Positions 56,723 through 64,000 of a stretch of 64,000 nt of DNA are shown here, one piece after another. Under the pieces are notes generated by a model that saw only the letters and a list, made by a program, of their open reading frames with translations, was not told the origin of the DNA and ran no database searches. The position numbers and the translations under genes were made by a program. The DNA is from Candidatus Forterrea multitransposorum CG_2015-17_Forterrea_25_41. GTDB lineage: Archaea > Iainarchaeota > Iainarchaeia > Iainarchaeales > CSSED10-239. The stretch covers positions 608,001 through 672,000 of the forward strand of contig CP045477.1 in the NCBI GenBank assembly GCA_009392915.1, read 5' to 3'. The stretch's first letter is position 1, and the number at the start of each line of letters is the position of its first letter.

Positions 56723-58873
56723 ATGCTTGAAACAAATATTAAATGGCTTAAAGAAATTTCAGATCATGAAGTCCTAGAAGTAGGATATAAAGCACATATT
56801 TTATCAGAAATTTCAAAAGCAAATATTCCACTTCCAAGAGGTTTTGTAGTTAATTATAAAAATTTTTTTAATTTTGTACAAAAAGATAATTTAAAAGAAA
56901 AAATAAATGAAATTTTAAAAACTATTGATTATAACAACAAAGAAGATATTGAAAAAAAATCAATAGAAATAAGAACACTTTTTTTAAAACAAAAATTTGA
57001 TGAAGACTTTATTTCTGATGTCTTAAAAATGTATACAAAGCTTGGAGAATCAAAAGTTGGATTTATGAATACCAAGGTAGATGAATATACAGCTATAAGA
57101 GCATCTGTTTCTTCTGAAGAATATCCTTTAAAAGAACTTGATCCAATAGAAAGACATACAGGTTTTTTAAATATTAAAGGAAGAGAAGAAGTATTAAACA
57201 GTATTAAAGAATGTTGGGCAGATCTTTATGCTCCTGAAATCTTAGAATATAAATATAAAAAAGGTTTTGAAGAAAATAAAATACATCTTTCAATAATTAT
57301 TCAAAAAATGATACCTGGTAAAAAATCAGGAATAATGCTAACTTCTAAAAATGATTCAAAAGATACAATTGTAATTGAAGCAATACATGGTTTTGGAGGA
57401 AAAAGCCTAATTACAGAAGTTACTCCTGATCACTATGAGATTAATAAAAAAACACTAACTACAATTAAAAAAACACAATCAAATCAAGAATGGATGCTTA
57501 AAAGAATTGTAGGAAAAACTACAAAAACAAATGTAGATGTTAAAGATAGTGAAAAACAAAAATTAAATCAAAGAGATCTAAATGAACTTGCAAATATAGG
57601 AAATAAACTTGAAATGATCTATGGAACTTCTTTAGAAGTTAATTGGGTAATGGATGAAAACGAAGAATTTCTAATTGTTAGTGTAAACCCAATTGATCCT
57701 AATCTTAAAAAAATTAAAAAAAAGAAAAAAATAGATATTACTTCTTATCAAGAAAAACTAGATAGTTATAAAAAAAATTTACTTTTAGAAGGTATTGGAG
57801 TTTCAAACGGACTTTCAATTGGTATTGTGAAAATAATTAATAATAAAAAAGATCTTTTAAGAGTTGATGAGAATACAATTTTTGTAACTAAAATGACAAC
57901 TCTTGAAATGTCACAAACATTAAGAAAAGCAAAAGGAATTGTTACAGATGCTGGAAGTACAATCTGTCATGCAGCATTAATTGCTAAAAAATATGATGTA
58001 CCTTGTGTAGTACACACAGAAAGATCAACAGAAATATTAAGAGATGGACAAGCTGTTTTAGTTAATGGATTTAATGGTAAAGTGTATAGTGTTATAGGGT
58101 ACGTTGCACCACCAATTACAAAAACAGTTACAGAAACTAGAAGAGAAAATGAAGTATCTATTGAAAAAGCACAAAATAAAGATCCAGAATATCCAAAGAC
58201 AATTACAAAAATATTTATTAAAATAAATAATTTAGAAGAAGTTAAAAGTATTAACTTACCTGATATTGATGGTATAGTTTTAAGCATAGATTCTTTATTT
58301 ACAAATTATGAAAAAGGAAGTATGCTTGAAAACATTAATTTATTAGTTCCAACAATTAAAAATAAACTTTTAGAAATTACTAAAATATTTGAAGGAAAAG
58401 AAATTTTCTATAAAGTAAATACACATAAACAAAATTTAATTACTGAAAATGTTTCAAGTTATGAAATTGAAGCTATTATGGAACTTAAAAGTAGAATTAA
58501 CATTTTACTTGAAAATATTAAATCTGCAGATGAAATAATTCCTGTTAAAGAAAATACAGAATCAAAAATAGGAGTTTTAGTTGAAAATATTAAAGAAAAT
58601 ATAATTTCTGAATATATTTCAAGAGGTATAGAAAATATAACCTTTAATTTAGAAGAAATTGATTTTGTAAAAGTAAAAGAAGTTATTAAAATATGTAAAG
58701 AAAATAAAATTATGAGAATTGCAGAAATTAATTCTAAAAATACAATTTCAAATATTAAAACATATATTGATTCAAATATCAATGGAGTAATTATTAATAA
58801 AGAACAATTAGAATATAAAGATACAATTTATAAACAAGAAAGAGATCTCTTAAAGAATCTTCTTTCTGTTTAG
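56723..58873 (+). CDS. PEP-utilising enzyme (phosphoenolpyruvate synthase / pyruvate-water dikinase family) with atypical C-terminal region
   Basis: N-terminal PPDK_N-type ATP-grasp region and phospho-His mobile domain (KGIVTDAGSTICHAALIAKKYDVPCVV). C-terminal ~250 aa lacks obvious PEP/pyruvate TIM-barrel motifs. Confidence 0.65.
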   Translation: MLETNIKWLKEISDHEVLEVGYKAHILSEISKANIPLPRGFVVNYKNFFNFVQKDNLKEKINEILKTIDYNNKEDIEKKSIEIRTLFLKQKFDEDFISDVLKMYTKLGESKVGFMNTKVDEYTAIRASVSSEEYPLKELDPIERHTGFLNIKGREEVLNSIKECWADLYAPEILEYKYKKGFEENKIHLSIIIQKMIPGKKSGIMLTSKNDSKDTIVIEAIHGFGGKSLITEVTPDHYEINKKTLTTIKKTQSNQEWMLKRIVGKTTKTNVDVKDSEKQKLNQRDLNELANIGNKLEMIYGTSLEVNWVMDENEEFLIVSVNPIDPNLKKIKKKKKIDITSYQEKLDSYKKNLLLEGIGVSNGLSIGIVKIINNKKDLLRVDENTIFVTKMTTLEMSQTLRKAKGIVTDAGSTICHAALIAKKYDVPCVVHTERSTEILRDGQAVLVNGFNGKVYSVIGYVAPPITKTVTETRRENEVSIEKAQNKDPEYPKTITKIFIKINNLEEVKSINLPDIDGIVLSIDSLFTNYEKGSMLENINLLVPTIKNKLLEITKIFEGKEIFYKVNTHKQNLITENVSSYEIEAIMELKSRINILLENIKSADEIIPVKENTESKIGVLVENIKENIISEYISRGIENITFNLEEIDFVKVKEVIKICKENKIMRIAEINSKNTISNIKTYIDSNINGVIINKEQLEYKDTIYKQERDLLKNLLSV

Positions 58874-58893
58874 AATTTTTTTAAAAAAAAAAA

Positions 58894-59169
58894 CTATTTT
58901 TTAACAGAAGGAGCTTTTCCTTTACCAATACCTGATAAATAACCCATTTCTTTTAAAACTTCACCAGAAGTAACTCTTGGATTTTTTAGAAACATATCTT
59001 TTAAATGTTCTTTTTGTATTTTTGAAAGACCATGAGGATATACTTTATTTACACTTCCAAGAACATGTGTATAATGCTTTTTAATAGATTCTATAGACAT
59101 GTTTTTTGATTTAGATATTTTTGGTAAAGTTCCTTTTGAAACATAAGGTTTTTTTCTTGTAATTGCCAT
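58894..59169 (-). CDS. Small basic hypothetical protein
   Basis: 91 aa, K-rich, no confident family assignment. Confidence 0.3.
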   Translation of the reverse strand: MAITRKKPYVSKGTLPKISKSKNMSIESIKKHYTHVLGSVNKVYPHGLSKIQKEHLKDMFLKNPRVTSGEVLKEMGYLSGIGKGKAPSVKK

Positions 59170-59198
59170 ATTTTAAAAATCCTTTTTAAGTAATTTAA

Positions 59199-59269
59199 AG
59201 CCTCAATAGGGAGTCGAACCCTATTCTTCCGCTCTGCAGGCGGATGCATGACCGTTCTGCCATTGAGGC
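59199..59269 (-). tRNA. tRNA-Cys (anticodon GCA)
   Basis: Minus-strand fold: acceptor GCCTCAA/TTGAGGC, anticodon stem TCCGC/GCGGA with loop CTGCAGA, T-arm TAGGG-TTCGACT-CCCTA. Short variable loop. No encoded CCA. Confidence 0.8.
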
Positions 59270-59354
59270 TAAAAAACATTACACAAACTATAAATAATGT
59301 TTCATAGGTATATATTTAATAATTAGAATAGTTTATAAACATTAGGTAAAATTT

Positions 59355-60554
59355 ATGAAAATTGCAATATTTAGTGATTGGCACTTAGGCCTTAATTTTG
59401 GCACAGATCTTGAAATGGATTCTTTTGTGCAGTTATCAGAAGCTTTCATGCAGATTAAAGAAGAAAATGTTGATTTTATAATTACTTGTGGAGATCTATT
59501 TGATAAAACTATGCCTACACATGAAGTTTATTATGAAGCTATCTCTGTACTTAACAATGTAGATATTGAAAACAAAATTAATCTAAAATCAAGACAAGAA
59601 AGAAAATTAAAAATACCAATGATAGGAATTATTGGAAATCATGAATTTAGAGGTAAAGACTTTAAATCAACTGTTGAACTTTTAGAAGTTATGAATTTTT
59701 TAAGAGTTGTACATGCAGATTCAGTAACTATAGAAAAAGAAGAAGAAAAAGTAAATGTTTTTGGTCTTTCAGGAGTTCCAGATAGATTTGCAAAAGATAT
59801 TTTAGATAAATGGAATCCTACACCTAAAGAAGGATACAATATTTTACTTCTTCATCAATCTTTTAAAGAATATCTTCCTTTTGAAAGTGAAGAAATGTTA
59901 TCTTTAAGTAACCTCCCTAAAGGTTTTGATATTATTGCAAATGGACATCTTCATTGGAAAGTTATAGAACCACTTGATGAAAAAACAAGATTTATAATGT
60001 CAGGTTCAACTGTCTCAACACAAAATAAAAAAATTGAATCAGATACTGAAAAAGGGTTTTTTATTTTAGACACAAAGACAAATAACTTAGATTTTCATGC
60101 AATTAAAAATACAAGGAAAGTTTTCTATAAAGATTTAGATCTTAAGTTAACAACTCCTGAAAAAACAATTGAAATTATAACTTTAGAGATTGAAAAACTA
60201 ATTGAAAAAAAAGAAGATAAAAAACCTCTTCTAAGAATAAGGCTTAAAGGAGAATTACTAAAAGGTTATTTTTTAAAAAGTATTAATCTTAAAGAAATTG
60301 AGGATAAATATAAAGATTATTTTTACATTTCTTTTTCAAATAAAATACAAGAACAGAAATTAAAAGAAAGTGTTGAAAAATTAAAAAGTATTGAACAGAA
60401 TAAAGGTAATCTTTTTGAAATTTCTAAAAGTATTTTCTTTGAACAGATATCTCAAACAAATATCTCCAAAGATTTTGATTATCAAAGATTTTTTGATATT
60501 CTTTATAATGGAGATTTATCTAAAGCAAAAGAGTTTATTTTAGATAAAAAATAA
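59355..60554 (+). CDS. Mre11/SbcD-like calcineurin-type metallophosphoesterase
   Basis: Phosphoesterase motifs IFSDWHLG, GDLFD, GNHEF, GHLH. 399 aa with C-terminal coiled-coil-like region. Confidence 0.7.
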   Translation: MKIAIFSDWHLGLNFGTDLEMDSFVQLSEAFMQIKEENVDFIITCGDLFDKTMPTHEVYYEAISVLNNVDIENKINLKSRQERKLKIPMIGIIGNHEFRGKDFKSTVELLEVMNFLRVVHADSVTIEKEEEKVNVFGLSGVPDRFAKDILDKWNPTPKEGYNILLLHQSFKEYLPFESEEMLSLSNLPKGFDIIANGHLHWKVIEPLDEKTRFIMSGSTVSTQNKKIESDTEKGFFILDTKTNNLDFHAIKNTRKVFYKDLDLKLTTPEKTIEIITLEIEKLIEKKEDKKPLLRIRLKGELLKGYFLKSINLKEIEDKYKDYFYISFSNKIQEQKLKESVEKLKSIEQNKGNLFEISKSIFFEQISQTNISKDFDYQRFFDILYNGDLSKAKEFILDKK

Positions 60555-60617
60555 TTTGAAAACAAGAATAAACTCTAAACAAATAACTATTTAAACATTT
60601 TCTATATAATATTTAAT

Positions 60618-60929
60618 ATGAACTGCGCATCATATTATTTTTTTAATGTAATCTCAAACGAGACCAGATGGAAAATCATTAATTCTTTATATGAATCAGA
60701 TAAGTTTGTAACAGACATCTGTAAAGATATTAATGAAGAACAATCAAAGGTTAGCCATAATTTAAAAATACTTCTTGAATGTAATGTTGTTTTTTCTCAA
60801 AGACAAGGAAAATATATTAAATATTCCTTGAATAAAAAAACCATTAAACCACTTATTAAGATATTAAATGATCATATGAAAAATTTTTGTGGTGGAAAAT
60901 GTAAAAGAAATGTAATTGAGAAAAAATGA
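60618..60929 (+). CDS. ArsR/SmtB-family winged-helix transcriptional regulator
   Basis: 103 aa with HTH (ETRWKIINSLYESDKFVTDICKDINEEQSKVSHNLKIL) and C-terminal CGGKC. Confidence 0.55.
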   Translation: MNCASYYFFNVISNETRWKIINSLYESDKFVTDICKDINEEQSKVSHNLKILLECNVVFSQRQGKYIKYSLNKKTIKPLIKILNDHMKNFCGGKCKRNVIEKK

Positions 60930-62050
60930 ATACTAAATATTTTGATTATGCATCAACTTGTCCTGTGGATACTAGAGTTCTTGAAAAAATGAAGCCTTAT
61001 TTTTCAGAAAACTTTGCAAATACCTCAAGCATGCATTCTTTTGGTGAAAAAATAAAAGATGAAGTTGAAAATGCAAGAGAAGAAATTTTAAAAAAAATAA
61101 ATGGTATTAACCATAAACTAATATTTACTTCTGGAGGAACAGAAAGTAATAACCTAGCCCTTAAAGGAATTGCAGAAACCTATAGAGAAAAAGGAAATCA
61201 TATTTTAATAAGTAAAATAGAACATGATTCAATTTTAAATTCTGCAAAATATCTTAAAACAAAAGGATATGAAATTGAGTATATTGAAAATGATTCAGAA
61301 GGATTAATTGACTTAGAAGACTTAAAACAAAAGATTAGAAAAGATACAATTTTAGTTTCAATAATTCATGGAAATAATGAAATTGGAACTTTACAAGATC
61401 TTGAAAAGATTGGAGAAATTTGTAAAGAAAAAGAAGTTTTTTTCCATACTGATGCATGTCAAAGCTTCTGTAAAAGTGAAATTGATCTTGAAAAACAAAA
61501 TATTGATCTAATAACAATTAATGCACATAAAATATATGGCCCTAAAGGTATAGGTGCGCTAATTATTAAAAAAAATATTAACCTAACTCCTCTTTTTCAT
61601 GGAGGAGGACATGAAAATAATTTAAGAAGCGGAACTTTAAATGTACCTGGTATAATTGGTCTTAGAGAAGCAATAAAATCTTTAGATAAAGAAGAACTCT
61701 TAAGAGAAAAAAAATTAAGAAATTATATTTTTTCAGAAATTGAAAACATTAATTCAATTAAAATATTAGGATCAAAAGAAAACAGACTTGTAAACAATGT
61801 TTGTTTATTATTTGAAAATATTGAATCAGAATCAATTCTTTTATCTTTAGACTTAAAAGGATTTTATGTTTCAACAGGTTCTGCATGTCTTTCAAATAAT
61901 AATGAAAAAAGTCATGTTGTTTCAGCACTAAAAGTTTTAAAAAATAAAAAAAATGGAATCTTAAGAATTTCTTTAGGTAAAGAAAATACTTTAGAAAGCA
62001 CTAAAGAATTAATTATTGAAATTAAAAAAACAATTGAAAAATTTGATTAA
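60926..62050 (+). CDS. Cysteine desulfurase (NifS/IscS/SufS-like class V aminotransferase)
   Basis: PLP-Lys region INAHKIYGPKGIGAL and active-site Cys loop STGSACLS. 374 aa. Confidence 0.85.
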   Translation: MNTKYFDYASTCPVDTRVLEKMKPYFSENFANTSSMHSFGEKIKDEVENAREEILKKINGINHKLIFTSGGTESNNLALKGIAETYREKGNHILISKIEHDSILNSAKYLKTKGYEIEYIENDSEGLIDLEDLKQKIRKDTILVSIIHGNNEIGTLQDLEKIGEICKEKEVFFHTDACQSFCKSEIDLEKQNIDLITINAHKIYGPKGIGALIIKKNINLTPLFHGGGHENNLRSGTLNVPGIIGLREAIKSLDKEELLREKKLRNYIFSEIENINSIKILGSKENRLVNNVCLLFENIESESILLSLDLKGFYVSTGSACLSNNNEKSHVVSALKVLKNKKNGILRISLGKENTLESTKELIIEIKKTIEKFD

Positions 62051-62052
62051 CT

Positions 62053-62268
62053 ATGAAAATAACTTCAGAAACAAAATTAAAAGAACTTCTTGAAAGAGAA
62101 GATATTTTTGAAATATTAATGGCACACGGTTTTCCATGTGTAACTTGCCCAATGGCAAGAATGGAAATGGATATTCTAGAAATTGGTGCTGTTTGTGAAA
62201 TGTATGGTATTGATCAAATATCTTTACTTGAAGATTTAAATGAATTTTTAGAAAAAAAGGAGAAATAA
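62053..62268 (+). CDS. DUF1858-like small redox/disulfide domain protein
   Basis: 71 aa; ..ILMAHGFPCVTCPMARMEMD..CEMYGID... pattern. Confidence 0.45.
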   Translation: MKITSETKLKELLEREDIFEILMAHGFPCVTCPMARMEMDILEIGAVCEMYGIDQISLLEDLNEFLEKKEK

Positions 62269-62271
62269 TTT

Positions 62272-62841
62272 ATGAAATTAAAATATTTATTTATAATTAT
62301 GGTGCTTGTAACCATTTTTTCAAACACAGTCTTTTCAGAAGATGTAAATGTTGATATTAATCAGAATGTAATAATTGATATAAACCAAGAAACAAAAATA
62401 AACGTTTATTTCTTTGGAACTTCAACTTGCCCTTACTGTGCTCAGGAAAAAGAATTTTTCACAGAATATGTTAAAAATAATCCAGATGTAAGAGTTTATT
62501 ATTTTGAACTTGATACTCAAAGAAATAATTCAAAACTATTACTTGAATTTTCAAAAGCTTTTCAAGAAAGAAGCACAAGTGTGCCTATAACTTTCATTTC
62601 AGAGAAAGTATGGATTGGCTTTTCTGAAAGTATACAAGGACAAATGGAAACAATAATTAATAATTGTAGAGAAAACACTTGTAAGGATTCTTATACACTT
62701 CTTGAAAATCAAGAAGAATTTAGAGAATACTTAACTAATGACAAGTATGTTAAATATCTTGGAGAAGAAATTAAAAAAGAGAAAACAGACAAAATTGGTT
62801 TTTTTGAAAGAATAGTTACTTTCTTTAAAAATATATTTTAA
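62272..62841 (+). CDS. Secreted thioredoxin/glutaredoxin-like protein (CPYC)
   Basis: Signal peptide followed by VYFFGTSTCPYCAQEKEFF thioredoxin-fold motif. Paralog of the N-terminal domain of the next gene. Confidence 0.6.
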   Translation: MKLKYLFIIMVLVTIFSNTVFSEDVNVDINQNVIIDINQETKINVYFFGTSTCPYCAQEKEFFTEYVKNNPDVRVYYFELDTQRNNSKLLLEFSKAFQERSTSVPITFISEKVWIGFSESIQGQMETIINNCRENTCKDSYTLLENQEEFREYLTNDKYVKYLGEEIKKEKTDKIGFFERIVTFFKNIF

Positions 62842-62906
62842 ATATATTTAAAACATTATTCATATATAATATTATTAAAACAATAATTAAAATAAGAGAT
62901 GACTAA

Positions 62907-64000
62907 ATGAATTTTAAAAAAATTATACTTTTTATTTTTTTATTTTTAATAATTACAACAACATATATAGGTAGTGTTTCAGCTCTTGAACAAAAAGAAG
63001 TAAACATCTATTTCTTTGGAACCTCAACATGTCCTTACTGTGCTCAAGAAAAAGCTTTTTTAAAAGATTTTGTAAATGAAAATATAAATGTCACTGTTAA
63101 CTATTACGAGCTTGACAAACAAAAAGAAGCATCTAAACTATTACTTGAGCTTGGAGAAGAATTTAATCAAAGAACAACAAATGTACCTTTAACTTTTATA
63201 TCTGACAAATCATGGATTGGTTTTTCAGAAAATATAAAACAAGAAATAATAAATCAAGTAAATGATTGTTCTCAAAACGAATGTAAAGATACTATTAATT
63301 TTCTTAATGAACCTAAATTCTGGGAAAAATATACAACAGATAAAGAATATGTAACAATAATTGAATCTGATAAAAAAGAAACTAGTTTTGAAAAACCAGA
63401 AATTGAAGATGTTTATGTTCATTTATTCTATGTGCCTGATTGTGCACAATGTCTTAATACTTTAGAATATTTTAAATATATTGAAAGTAAATACCCATTT
63501 ATAATTACAGAAAAATATAATCTTTTAGATCCAAAAAATAAAGAACTTTTTGAAGAATATAAAAATTTATATTCTCTACAAGTTGAAATTTTTCCAATAG
63601 TATTTATTGGAGAAACATATATTAGTGGAGAAACAAATATTAAAAATAATCTTGACAAAGAAATTGATAGATGTTATAACACAGACATTAATTGTTCATG
63701 TCCTGAAAAAACAATTCTCTCAAAAACAAATAAAATACCTTCTTCAGAAGAATATGTTTCTGGAGAAGAAAATAAAAAAATTAGTTTTTTTGGAAAACAA
63801 ATCGATCTTGGAAATAAATCTTTATTTTTAAATACTTTAATTATTGCTTTTGTTGATGGGTTAAACCCTTGCTCTTTATGGGTTTTAATGTTTCTATTAA
63901 GTATTGTTGTTTATTCTGGTTCAAGAAAGAAAATATTTTTAATAGGTATAACTTTTTTAGCAGTTACAGCAATTATTTATGGTTTATTTATAACAAGTGT
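62907..64000 (+). CDS. Thiol:disulfide interchange protein: two thioredoxin-like modules fused to a CcdA/DsbD-like membrane domain (3'-partial, runs off window)
   Basis: Manual translation from the ATG at 62907 is open to the window end. Signal peptide; FFGTSTCPYCAQEKAFL and LFYVPDCAQCLN thioredoxin motifs; then TM region IIAFVDGLNPCSLWVLMFLL (CcdA-type NPC motif). Confidence 0.6.
   Translation, partial: MNFKKIILFIFLFLIITTTYIGSVSALEQKEVNIYFFGTSTCPYCAQEKAFLKDFVNENINVTVNYYELDKQKEASKLLLELGEEFNQRTTNVPLTFISDKSWIGFSENIKQEIINQVNDCSQNECKDTINFLNEPKFWEKYTTDKEYVTIIESDKKETSFEKPEIEDVYVHLFYVPDCAQCLNTLEYFKYIESKYPFIITEKYNLLDPKNKELFEEYKNLYSLQVEIFPIVFIGETYISGETNIKNNLDKEIDRCYNTDINCSCPEKTILSKTNKIPSSEEYVSGEENKKISFFGKQIDLGNKSLFLNTLIIAFVDGLNPCSLWVLMFLLSIVVYSGSRKKIFLIGITFLAVTAIIYGLFITS

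Noticed and set aside
58894-59169. Weak resemblance of the 91-aa basic protein to the histone H2B α1 region (V-Y/H-P-x-G-L/I-S-K)
   Set aside because: The similarity is confined to ~12 residues. The protein lacks the long central α2 helix of a histone fold.
59091-59279. 62-aa minus-strand ORF overlapping tRNA-Cys
   Set aside because: Overlaps a well-folded tRNA gene and the end of the neighbouring CDS. Spurious.
1-64000. Search for CRISPR arrays, rRNA genes, IS elements or integrases
   Set aside because: No regularly spaced direct repeats, no rRNA-like GC-rich blocks and no transposase or integrase motifs were seen. The only repeat pair of note is the DGR TR/VR.

Overview
This AT-rich window (roughly 28-32% GC by eye) appears to come from a small archaeal genome, most plausibly a DPANN-type archaeon; that placement is an inference. 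Support for an archaeal origin includes an archaeal histone, the exosome/proteasome/RNase P superoperon, LonB, PCNA/RFC, PolB, aIF5A, ABCE1, RadA, an Spt5-SecE-L11 cluster with FtsZ, three tRNAs without encoded CCA, and many small lysine-rich or surface-anchored proteins.

The main finding is a complete diversity-generating retroelement (DGR) at 20860-24707 on the minus strand. It has a DGR-type reverse transcriptase with the IGNLTSQ and YVDD motifs, a 121-nt template repeat (TR) 3' of an Avd-like gene, and a 121-nt variable repeat (VR) at the 3' end of the target gene. All 20 TR/VR mismatches fall at TR adenines, including in AAC codons. The target protein combines an archaeal type-IV-pilin-like class III signal peptide with a C-terminal FGE/C-type-lectin domain containing GNVWQW.

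Other points of interest:
- a cyclodipeptide-synthase-like gene sits beside MetRS and PheRS;
- an operon encodes four pilin-like proteins, and a FlaI-like pilus ATPase carries a lysine-rich N-terminal extension;
- a compact [FeFe]-hydrogenase H-domain-like protein with a non-canonical L1 motif lies next to a SUF operon and a Taw1-like radical-SAM enzyme;
- a CPYC thioredoxin/CcdA-like extracytoplasmic disulfide module is present;
- the exosome superoperon carries an inserted tandem pair of paralogous small basic proteins.
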